Notes under the pieces: model-generated | Databases searched by the model: none | What the model was told of the DNA's origin: nothing | What the model saw: the letters and a program-made list of their open reading frames with translations, nothing else | Program-made: the position numbers and the translations under genes | Source of the DNA: Macrostomum lignano | Lineage: Eukaryota | Assembly (NCBI GenBank): GCA_002269645.1 | Contig: NIVC01002316.1 | Span: forward strand, 11,592-75,591 | Direction: 5' to 3' | DNA: 64,000 nucleotides | In this document: positions 35,472-46,770 of the stretch, one piece after another | Layout: each line of letters begins with the position of its first letter | How positions within the stretch are numbered: position 1 is the stretch's first letter

Positions 35472-36091
35472 ATGTATTGTTAGATGCCAAAGCTGACTTG
35501 TTTAGCATGAAGTTGAATTATGTTATTATTGATTAAAAAGCTAGAGATAATGTTTATAACTCAACTTAAATATGTTGAATATAAGCTGAACTATAAATGT
35601 GTTGAAATTTATACTGAGAAGAAAACAAAATATATAATTGATAAAATAATATTCTAGAATGTAGCATAATATATTTTTTCTTTTAATTTTTAAATTCTAT
35701 TCTTGGCACATAAATAACAACATAATAAGTTTTTAGAACTCTCTCGAGTGAATAATTTTTTTAAAACGTTGATTTTATAGTTAAGTCAAAAATAAATAAA
35801 TAAACTTAAATTAAATTAAACTTAAATTAAACTAACTGCAAAAATATGTTAAACAAAGTCTATTACTAATAAATAGTATTTTCATAGTCTATTACAAAAT
35901 CAAGTTTTAATTTGTCATTGTATAAAATCAACCTAATTCTTCCGTGGTTGATTAAAAGAGCTCCTATCAGCTCCTATCTCATAAAAGAGCCAAGGAGGTC
36001 CGCTTGATAATTTTGAAAAACGAAAAACGAAAGATTAATTTAAAAAATGTCTCCACCATTTTTCGATTTAAAACGTTAAACACGACATTGT

Positions 36092-36104
36092 GTTGCTAGG
36101 TAAC
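36092..36104. promoter_or_regulatory. RFX X-box-like site GTTGCTAGGTAAC upstream of the sacsin-like gene
   Basis: Matches the 13-bp X-box variant; about 620 bp 5' of the first detected coding exon. Confidence 0.4.
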
Positions 36105-38702
36105 CAGCTTAAGTGTGATGTCCTGGGTTGGTTTATAAGAGTCCAAGTGTTTGTCTAATGCTGTGAAGAGAATGGACAGGATAATTTATTACAATTTCGT
36201 TTTACGCTACAACTACTGGACTACTGGTTTTTGCGCATCGAAATGAAAGCAATGTTAAAGATGTCAAATTATACATGTGGCACTTCATAATTTACTTTCT
36301 CATACAAGCGTTGCCGCAACGAGAAAAAACTTCATAACCTATTTAGGTAAAATATATTTGCTTGTTAGCTTCCTTTTCCTAGCTTGTTGATGATTAGAAG
36401 CATACTACATTTAGGATTATATCAAAATGTAAATTAAATGCTATTTTTGACAGAACAATTAAACTGAAACGTAAAATTACGTGTACGCAGAGTATAGTGC
36501 AGTCGGAAATATTTTACACATGAACAACTATAGAGTTGTGCACTCTAGTTTTCCATGATTTTACATCTGCATCACTATGCTTAAGCATTAGTTTCATTGA
36601 AAACTCAGTTTTTCTGAACAAATCAAGTCATTCATGAAAAAAATTCTTATACATGTACAAACTCCACTTTTGAAAATTGAGTTCGCGTTGACACCTCTTA
36701 TTTTCAATTTTAGTCGACTCGATTTTGTCCCCAATTATGGCATTATAAATGGAGGACGTTTTGCGTATGTAATTAAAATAAAAACAAAAAGCCGACTTTT
36801 ATAGCAGCTATTTCCGATGGACACCCATAGCTAGAATTATAAATTTTCAACTCAAAATTTGCTTTTGATTTCGGACGTAAAGACGCTGCTTGCATGTACA
36901 TGTACGACATTGTATGGTGCCGTCCATGAGACTACATATGCGTGTAATACATGTACGAGACGTACTGTTGTTTAATAAATCACAACTGCATGGTAACACC
37001 TTGACATTTACTACGGAGCAGCTTGACAATTCAAATTAGAATTCTGTTGAAAGGCAAATTTAAAACTAACTTTGGTTCCTCCAGATCCTGCTTTGTAATC
37101 ATTCATGCTTAATTACAGTAACAGATGTTAATTCTTATATATAATATATATTTAAACTTGCAAGCTACAAAAGAAACTTTAAAATGAAAATGGAAAATAT
37201 ATGAACTAATACACGGGTCAAACGTTATTCAGATAATTTGTGAAGTGGCTCGAACTTTTAGGGAGTTTGGGATGCTATTAGGGCACACGTGGCGATATGT
37301 ACGGTAAGTAGCTGTACGCAGCACTGCCAATCAGTATAGGAATACAGAGGACACGCCATATATTAATGCACGTGGTAACTGTATCAACAAAGTATGGCGC
37401 AATGTTATCAAAGGAACATTTTCAACGCAATGCGCTTAATAGCCTACTTACAGTAACACCTGTCAATGGCTTAGCTTTTTAAATGTATTACAAAATCGAA
37501 AGCAAGAGAAAGTATAACTTTATATGCACGATTTAAACTGATTTGACCCGATGGAAGCTTGTGATATAGTGGAACTGCTTTTTCTATCGAGCCCAGTGTG
37601 TACTTTTACTGCAATCCGCCGTTATTAGAGTTTTAACAGCAACACAAAAACGTATTGCTTCCTCCGAGTAGCAGCGAGTCATATTGCGGAAGATATCAAA
37701 ACGAAGTTTTTAAAAAACAACAACTAGAAAGAAGACCAGTACTTGAAGCAAAATAATAGTACACAAAAATAGTTAGCAAAGTGCATAGTTGGATCAGTAA
37801 AACAGCATGGGCAAAGTGTAAGTATTGATAACGGCTCGGCAACGCGTGTTGCGAGTGTGTACATTGCATGGCGTCCAGTGCAGACAAGCAGAACAACCGC
37901 AAATAGAAGGCAAGTAACACAAAAATAATGTCGAGAAGAAAATTCAGCCCTGTACATAATGAGTTCGCCGATTGGAAACAGTAATTTTTCAACTGATTTA
38001 AAACGATTTGAACTTAGTTTACAAAATGAGATACTGCTGCTAAGAGAAACCCACCGTTTTAACGGGCATGTTTGCAGTAGCCATGCTTGAATTCATCTCA
38101 GAAAGAATGAAACCAGACTCTTAGATTATGATGAAGCAATATCTATAGCCTAACAGACAAATAAGAAAGAAGCAATGGATTTTTAGGCTAAAAAACTTTT
38201 TAAACGCACAACATGCACTTTTAAAAGGAAGTAGCTTCATCAACATAAACAGTTGTTAACAACTGAAAACGATGCGAATTTCGGTGGCGCAGACTTCAAC
38301 GTACGAATACAAGAGAAACAGTTGAAAACTTTACTAAATTTTGTTTACAATAGTAATGGCATAATAACTGATATAAGAAGGAAAAATATTTACCTACTAA
38401 TGCAAACAAAAACTATCCTTAGATGCTTTTTAATAAAATTTACTCATCTCTATTCAGGCTTCGATTTTTTTCGGGCGCTGCAAATTCGTTTTCGTCTACT
38501 TAACAGTAGCAATATGAGAATATGTTATTGTATAGCGAGTGACGCAAAATAAAAGCTTGGTTAAGAATGCTACGGGATATTTAAGGAAACGGCTTAGCAG
38601 GCCAATGCAAAACGAGTATAGAAAATATTGATGCGCTGCTGACAGCACTGTGACAGAACGGGAAGTCGCCAAATGTACAGTAGAGGGGGGAAGCAGCTGG
38701 CG

Positions 38703-41700
38703 TCACCTGGACTCGGTTTTGACAATCGAATTGGCGCTGCCGCTGCCGCCGCCGCCGCCGGCGAGGAACCGATTGCGCAACTCCTGCACCTCGGAGCTCA
38801 CCCGGGTCAGCTCCTGCCGCATCATCCGGTTCTCAGCCTCCAATCGGCTGCTTCCGGTGCCGTCCGCCGGTTCCCGCAGCTGCAACTGCGGCCGGTTCCG
38901 CTTCCGGTGCGACGCTCGGCAGCTCCGATCGGGGGCTGCGGCGGCTTCTTCGGTCTCCGCTGCATCTGCTGCCGGATGCTGGGCCTCAGCTTCTGCGTCG
39001 TCTTCATCGTCGGGCTCCTCAACGGAGTGCGGCAGCGCCAGCGAGGGCTGCTCGTCCGGGACGATGCGGAGGCCCGGCCTGCTGACCGCCGCGAGGCCAT
39101 CGCCGCCGCCGGTTGGGTCGTCAAGGCCGTTGCCACGGCGGCTGGGCTGGTTCCGCAGTTGCTGCTGCTGCAAGCAGTGCTGCTGCAGGTGGTGCAGATG
39201 CTGATGAAGCTGGTGCCGACGCATCGCGGCTGCCGCTGAAATCCCAATTGACGGGAATGCGATTTGTTTAAGGGAGGCGGCGGTAGAGATGGAGAGGTGA
39301 TGGAGACAATTAGGAGAATAGATTAGGGATTTAGTGACAGTAGCTTAGAAAAAAGGGAGAGATTTAGGGAGAAGACATAGAGGGAGAGTCAGGGAGAAGA
39401 CAGAGAGAGGGAGAGTCAGGAAGAAGACAGAGAGAGGGAGAGTCAGGAAGAAGACAGAGGGGGAGAGTCAGGAAGAGAACAGAGAGGGTGAGAGTCGGGA
39501 AGAAGACAGAGAGTAGTAGGAGTGAGGAAAAAGACATGGAAGGGGAGAGTCAGGGAGAAGACAGAGAGAGAGAGAGAGAGTCAGGGAGAAGACAGAGAGG
39601 GAGAGTCAGGGAGAAGACAGAGAGGGAGAGTCAGGGAGAAGACAGAGAGAGAGAGTCAGGGAGAAGACAGAGAGAGAGAGTCAGGGAGAAGACAGAGAGA
39701 GAGTCAGGGAGAAGACAGAGAGAGAGAGTCAGGGAGAAGACAGAGAGGGAGAGAGAGAGAGAGAGTCAGGGAGAAGACAGAGAGGGAGAGTCAGGGAGAA
39801 GACAGAGAGGGAGAGTCAGGGAGAAGACAGAGAGAGAGAGTCAGGGAGAAGACAGAGAGAGAGAGTCAGGGAGAAGACAGAGAGGGAGAGTCAGGGAGAA
39901 GACAGAGGGGGAGAGTCAGGAAGAAAACAGAGAGGGTGAGAGTCAGGAAGAAGACAGAGAGTAGTAGGAGTGAGGAAAAAGACATGGAAGGGGAGAGTCA
40001 GGGAGAAGACAGAGAGAGAGAGAGAGAGTCAGGGAGAAGACAGAGAGGGAGAGTCAGGGAGAAGACAGAGAGGGAGAGTCAGGGAGAAGACAGAGAGGGA
40101 GAGTCAGGGAGAAGACAGAGAGGGAGAGTCAGGGAGAAGACAGAGAGGGAGAGTCAGGGAGAAGACAGAGAGAGAGAGTCAGGGACAAGACAGAGAGGGA
40201 GAGTCAGGGAGAAGACAGAGAGGGAGAGTCAGGAAGAAGACAGAGAGGGAAAGTCAGGAAGGAGACAGGGAGTCAGGGAGAAGACGGAGAGAGTCAGGAA
40301 GAAGAGTGGAAGATACGAAGGGAGGGATAGGCAAGAGAGTGAATGCAGAATCTGTACAAGAAACACCGAGAGACGGTCTGCATGTGTACCCGTACATGTA
40401 CAGACAGAAGTGCGCAGTGCCCAGACGCAAATTCCAAGCGCGTAGAGCTTTGCTTTGGGCGCAGGTGCGGCAAAAATGTTCAGAGATCGATTCGTTGGGC
40501 TTATTGTTCAATTACAAAGCCTATTTGAATGACACGCGGTGCCACTGGCAGCCCAGTAGCACCTTTTCAATGCACAATTGCCTCGGTGCATGCCAAAGTA
40601 CAGAATAAGCGCTTAGGTGCCCATTTTTTCAGTTTCTAAGGCGAAAATCTTTTCAAAGCTGACGACTTTGCTGGCTTTCCGAGTTCTACGGCGCTGCTTT
40701 CATGCGTTTATTGCGTTCGGGACTGAAAGATTTGGAGAGCGGTTGCCCAGCAACTGAGGATCTGGGAGGCTGGCCCAGCAACTGAGGATCTGGGAGGCTG
40801 GCCCAGCAACTGAGGATCTGGGAAACTGGACCAGCACCTGAGGATCTGGGAGGCTGGACCAGCAACTGAGGATCTGGGAGGCTGTCCCAGCAACTGAGGA
40901 TCTGGGAGGCTGACCCAGCAGCTGAGGATCTGGGGGGCCAACCTGAACCCTAGAAAGATACAAAGCTTCAGATTGAAATTCCAATTAGAAATCCCTAAGG
41001 TCCCAAATTCACAGCCCCTCACCGGCAATCTGCAGCGGTCCTTGGCACAGGGTCAGGTCCAGCGGCTCGGCCTGGTCGGTGAGGTGATTCGCTGGTGGCG
41101 CTGTAAGCGACGTGGCGGTTGCAGCGGAGGCGGGCGCCAGGATGGTCGGCGCCATGACGGCCGTGGGCTTCAGCGTGAGGCCGCAGGAGGCGAGGCTCTG
41201 TGGCGCAGCGGCCGCATAGTTGGCCAGCAGGTTGAAGTTGAACAGGCCGCCGATCTGGCCTGGCGCCACCAGGCCGAAGGTGGCCGCCGGTGAGGAGTTC
41301 ACAACTGGAGGCGCTGCGGCAAGGGCGGTCGCTGAAGATGCGACAACAGCGGCGGTGGCGGCGGCTGAGGATGCGGGCGCTTCGCCGACTTTCAGCGCGG
41401 TTAGTCGAGACGGTTGGGGGGCTGAGGCGGCAGCTGCGGTGGCGTCAGCTGATGAGTTTGAAGCCTGCGGCTGCACCAGCGGCGACTGACACTGCACCTC
41501 GGCTGCCGGAGTCGGCGAGGTCGCTGACGATGCCGGCTTCGACTCGGGCTTCGCGGCGGCGGTGTCGGCGGCGGCGTCCGCGGCGTCGTCGGAGGAATTT
41601 GTTGGCAGTCCAAATCGCTTTTTAATGGCGGTGAGCTCCACCTTGAGCTTGGTGTTCTCCTGCGTGATGTGGGGGACTGGCGTGTGAGCTTTGGTTCTCA

Positions 41701-42713
41701 TGGAGCTGTTCTCATGGGTTGTTCTCATGGGCTGTTCTCATGGGCTGTTCTCATGGGCTGTTCTCATGGGTTGTTCTCATGGAGCTGTTCTCATGGGCTG
41801 TTCTCATGGGCTGTTCTCATGGGTTGTTTTCATGGAGCTGTTCTCATGGGTTGTTCTCATGGAGCTGTTCTCATGGTTTGTTCTCATGGAGCTGTTCTCA
41901 TGGAGCTGTTCTCATGGGTTGTTCTCATGGGCTGTTCTCATGGGTTGTTCTCATGGAGCTGTTCTCAGGGAGCTGTTTTCATGAAGCTGTTCTCATGGGC
42001 TGCTCTCAGGGAGCTGTTCTCATGGAGCTGTTCTCATAGGCTGTTCTCAGGGGGCTGTTCTCAGGTCGATCTCACATCTCAGGGGCTGCTCTCAGGTTTA
42101 TCTCAGGTAGGTTTAGAGTGACTCTAGGGTGACAGTCATAAGTAAAGCAATTCTTAGTAATATTTAGCCTCAATGCTAGCCTCTCTGAATTCTAGAGTCA
42201 TCTCACTCACCTCGGTGAGCTCCTGAATCCGCATCTCCATGGCAACATCGTTCAGCCTTCGTTTCTCTCTGCTCCTCTTCGCCGCCTCGTTATTCTTGCG
42301 CCGCCTCTCCCAGTATTTCTCGTCCTTCTTCAATGCCGACGCTCCGTTGCCGCCACTTTTGGCTTTCTTTGCTGGCGGCGGCCCGCCGCCGGAGGTCAGA
42401 CTGTCGTCGTCGCCGCTGGACATGCCGCCGGCAGCTGCGGCAGACGCCGCTGAGATGCCGCCAAGTTGACCAACAGAGGCGTCCTCAGCTGCCTCCTCCT
42501 TGACGCTGAAGCCCAAGTCGCCGCAGTCGGCGGCCGATTCCTCTTCGCTATCGAGTCCGATGCCGTCCGCTGTCAGCGAGTCGGCGCCGGCGGATCGACG
42601 CAGTTTCTCTAATTTGGCCGCTGCGGCTGCCGCTGGCGGCGTGGCTCGTGCGGCATCGGCCAGCGAGTTTGAGAGCTGCGAGTCGCTGCGAGTTTTTTGT
42701 GGGATTTGCGAGG
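38703..42713 (-). CDS. NFIL3: NFIL3/E4BP4/vrille-family bZIP transcription factor; exons 42713-42211, 41659-41023, 39235-38703; 5' exon(s) further upstream unresolved
   Basis: Basic region KDEKYWERRRKNNEAAKRSREKRRLND is spliced (GAG|GTGAGT..CGCAG|GAG) to the zipper ENTKLKVELTAIKKRFGL. A phase-1 intron (G|GTGAGG..TTTCAG|CG) leads to a last exon ending ENRMMRQELTRVSSEVQELRNRF, similar to the NFIL3 C-terminal coil. Confidence 0.88.
39370..40295. repeat. ~25-bp purine-rich minisatellite (GGGAGAGTCAGGGAGAAGACAGAGA), NFIL3 intron
   Basis: Direct reading. Confidence 0.93.
40745..40935. repeat. 28-bp minisatellite (CAGCAACTGAGGATCTGGGAGGCTGGCC), ~7 copies
   Basis: Direct reading; same unit as 58450-58800. 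Confidence 0.92.
41690..42065. repeat. 13-14-bp minisatellite (GTTCTCATGGGCT/GGAGCT) in the intron splitting the bZIP
   Basis: Direct reading. Confidence 0.92.
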
Positions 42714-42721
42714 CTGTGCAT

Positions 42722-43295
42722 TGGATACTGGCTGTGAATGGCATGGGATACTGGCTGTGAATGGCATGGGATACTGGCTGTGAATGGCATGGGATACTGG
42801 CTGTGAATGGCATGGGATACTGGCTGTGAATGGCATGGGATACTGGCTGTAAATGGCATGGGATACTGGCTGTGAATGGCATGGGATACTGGCTGTGAAT
42901 GGCATGGGATACTGGCTGTGAATGGCATGGGATACTGGCTGTGAATGGCATGGGATACTGGCTGTGAATGGCATGGGATACTGGCTGTGAATGGCATGGG
43001 ATACTGGCTGTGAATGGCATGGGATACTGGCTGTGAATGGCATGGGATACTGGCTGTGAATGGCATGGGATACTGGCTGTGAATGGCATGGGATACTGGC
43101 TGTGAATGGCATGGGATACTGGCTGTGAATGGCATGGGATACTGGCTGTGAATGGCATGGGATACTGGCTGTGAATGGCATGGGATACTGGCTGTGAATG
43201 GCATGGGATACTAGCTGTGAATGGCATGGGATACTGGCTGTGAATGGCATGGGATACTGGCTGTGAATGGCATGGATACTGGCTGTGAATGGCAT
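42722..43295. repeat. 23-bp minisatellite (GAATGGCATGGGATACTGGCTGT), ~25 copies, abutting an NFIL3 acceptor
   Basis: Direct reading. Confidence 0.95.
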
Positions 43296-44204
43296 GCCAG
43301 TTCCGAGTTCAAGACAATGTTCTGTCAAAATAAACAAAAGCCTAATAAATAAGACTGTAACTATCAAACTTAGAGGTCAACAGAGGTCAGGTCAGCAGTG
43401 ACAGAGGGGTAAGGACAGGCGGGCTACAGGAGTCCCGGTCAGCCCTGGGGTGGATTACGCAATCCAGCTGAGCCAACAAGCACTCAGCAGACAAGCACAG
43501 AGAGTGGAAGGAAAAGAGATTTCAAATTCTCCTGGCAACTATTGCACAATTTATATTTACTTGTAAATATGTTCAGCAGCTCTGCCTTATATAACTTACT
43601 TTGAGCTTTGAGCTGATGCAGACAGTTGCTGGGCGGGTGCCGACAGCTCGGGGGTCAAGCCGGGTCGCGCTGGGACGGGGAAGAGAAATGATGGAGGGAG
43701 CGGGCGGTCGCCAACTGAGGCAGGATGGTGGGAGAAGGCTGCTGTACTCAGCTTTAGGAGTTAGGAATGAATCTACTTTTTTTCAACAAAAAAATCACGA
43801 AGACTAGAGAAAGGAGAAGCGAAGTTCGAAAATGAGTTTCGTTTTTGCTCTTATATAACTATTCGGTGGGATCAGCAAATTTCAGGAGTCGCAGTCGAGT
43901 TTGATTGAGCAGACCAGTGCCGGACTGGGGGAGGGAGAGAGAGACCTCAATTTGCACAAATTGCAAGTACAGTTCAGTTTGAGTTGCCGCATCTTGAAGC
44001 AAGGGGAAGACTTTTCTTCTTTCCATCTAGTTGCTGGGGGGGATCTGAGAGGCTGGGCGGATCTGTGGGGGGCTGTTTGTTCGTGTGGCGTTGCGTGCGC
44101 TAGCGGGTTTAGCGGGTAGGCGGTTGGGCGATCTAGGAAGGGAAATTTTGAGTGAATTCACAGCCTCAATTAACACATTGCAGGGAGGGTCCACCGCTTC
44201 CGCT

Positions 44205-44510
44205 TCTATCCTGAATGTCCACCGATTCCATCCCGAATGTCCACCGATTCCATCCCGAATGTCCACCGATTCCATCCCGAATGTCCACCAATTTTGTCCC
44301 CAATATCCACCGCTTCTATCCCGAATGTCCACCGCTTCTATCCCGAATGTCCACCGCTTCTATCCCCAATGTCCACCGATTCCATCCCGAATGTCCACCG
44401 ATTCCATCCCGAATGTCCACCAATTTTGTCCCCAATGTCCACCGCTTCTATCCCGAACGTCCACCGCTTCTATCCCGAATGTCCACCGCTATCCCCAATG
44501 TCCACCGATT
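44205..44510. repeat. 22-bp minisatellite (ATGTCCACCGATTCCATCCCGA)
   Basis: Direct reading. Confidence 0.9.
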
Positions 44511-44914
44511 CTATTAACTGTCTCGCAGTGCAGTCGCAGGCAGACCGACAGTCAGAGACGCGAACTGAAGGATATTTTGAGTCAAGATCGAGATGCACAG
44601 GCACAGGCTCCTGGTTTTTGCAGTCCCACGGGGTGAAAACAAGTGAGTGGGTAAAGAGGATCAGGGAGGCTGGGCAAGCCAGGGAACTCATCCTTGGTTT
44701 GAAATGAGTTACATTTTTGCTGCATGCATATTTTCTTCAGCAATACTTGAGAGTTCAGAATTCGCTAACTCCATTCGCTTTTCATTACAGCACACTGGAT
44801 CGAGAACGTTGTCCGAGTGGCAAATTTAAGCAAAAATTTACCAATATTTCGCGACATCTATCTAAATTACAATGTAAATCATTAAACTTTACAACAAAAT
44901 CAATACATACACGC

Positions 44915-45450
44915 CCTGCCACATTCTGGTCGGTCATTGCCTTGTCACATTCTGGTCATTAGATCGGTCATTGCCCTGCCACAATCTGGTAATTAAATCG
45001 GTCATTGCCAGATTCTGGTCATTAGATCGGTCACTGCCCTGCCACATTCTGGTCATTAGATCGGTCACTGCCCTGCCACATACTGGTCATTAGATCGGTC
45101 ACTGCCCTGCCACATTCTGGTCATTAGATCGGTCACTGCCCTGCCACATTCTGGTCATTAGATCGGTCACTGCCCTGCCACATTCTGGTCATTAGATCGG
45201 TCACTGCCCTGCCACATTCTGGTCATTAGATCGGTCACTGCCCAGTCACATTCTGGTCATTAGATCGATCATTGCCCTGTCACATTCTGGTCATTAGATC
45301 GGTCATTGCCCTGTCACATTCTGGTCATTAGATCGGTCATTGCCCTGCCATATTCTGGTCATTAAAGCGGTCATTGCCCTGTCACATTCTGGTCATTAGA
45401 TCGGTCATTGCCCTGTCACATTCTGGTCATTAGATCGGTCATTGTCCTGT
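44915..45450. repeat. 34-bp minisatellite (CATTCTGGTCATTAGATCGGTCACTGCCCTGCCA), ~15 copies
   Basis: Direct reading. Confidence 0.93.
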
Positions 45451-46699
45451 CATACATGTACAAAAATGCAATGCTCATGAGTTCTGTGGTAGGTATTTGA
45501 AATTTGAATTCGAAGTAAGGTTGGGGAGGGAGGGATATAGTTGGCATAATATTAGGGCAGCACAGCAGAGCCTAGAGAGTAAGGTCGAGTCCTCATCAAT
45601 TGCTCCCTTGCCCAGACTCTCCTCCCCTCTCTCCTACCCGCCTGAACAATCAGTTCGAGCAATCAGCGGGTCTCGGGGAGACTGCACTGCACAGCAATGC
45701 ACATGCATGCCTTTGGGTGTACTTTTCTACTGGCGAATTGGGTGGGGGAGCTTGCGGTCAGAATCGGAATCGAACGGCGTTTAGCTAACTTGTGAAAATC
45801 TATAAAAACTTATAGAAGTAAAAACTTATATTTAAACAAAAATAATAACTCACGGCGTTGCAACTCCTTTGGGGTCGGCTTGTTGCACGAATTGAATAAC
45901 GGGCAGTCGTCGTTTGTGCATGCAGACAGAATGAAGACTTAGGGAACTGGTATTACTATATTTTGTCTAATCCGATTGATTTATATGAGTAATAAGAGAC
46001 TAGCTAGAGACTAGATTTATTTGTTAATAGGTTTATTTGATAATAATCGTTTTATTATAAGAATAATGGCAAAAATAAAATTCTAAAATGCACGCTGTTT
46101 TAACATGCTTGCTCAATTATTATTTCAATTGAGACTAAATACGGACAAGGAGAGTAATGAATATTACCTTTGCTTTTCTCCTTGCCGCTACTATTATTAA
46201 GTCTCTCTGGTCTCGGTGTTGCGTTAACAGGGGGCCTATACTATTTAAGAGTTAAAACTGCGGGTGGAGAAGGTATGACGGAGGGGGTTGAGGTTTGGAG
46301 AAAGGAGAAGCCTTCAAAGCAATTGGCACGGAGGGGGCCAGAGAGAGAGGCAGAAAGAGCGAGAAGGCACTGTGTGCGTTGGGTTAGTGTCGTATAGTAA
46401 AATGGAGCGGAGGGGTAACGCCAGGTCCGCACGAGGCCCTGTCAGATCAGGACAAGCCCCGCTTCTCTCTCCAACACTTCTCTTCCCTCCTGCCCCCCGC
46501 GAGCGCAATTTCAACCCCCACTCCTCTAAGTTTCAATGTACATTGGTCGTGTGATAAGGGCAAAGCTAGATTGGAGCGCGGAGGGGGTGGTGGGTTCTAA
46601 TGTTGTCCACCCCTAGCCCGCACGAAGCCCCCACCTCTAGTCAAACCCCCCTTCCCGCACACTGTCGGGGGAACTGGTCCAGTTAAAGGCAGGAAGGAG

Positions 46700-46770
46700 A
46701 GGGTGTCTGCTATAAAAAGCACTTCTCCGACGCAGCCCCCCTTATTGCACAAGAATTATGCAACCAATAG
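46700..46770. promoter_or_regulatory. Cluster of TATA-like, C/EBP, PAR-bZIP/D-box-like and CCAAT motifs
   Basis: TATAAAA (46711), ATTGCACAA (46744), ATTATGCAAC (46755-46764) and CCAAT (46764) in a GC-rich island about 4 kb upstream of the NFIL3 bZIP exon. Confidence 0.35.

Noticed and set aside
37286-37374. Pair of CACGTG E-boxes near the vrille homolog
   Set aside because: They lie 3' of the gene, and 6-mers are expected by chance; no other support.
39488-40608. Arg/Glu-rich plus-strand ORFs
   Set aside because: Translations of the purine-rich intronic minisatellite.
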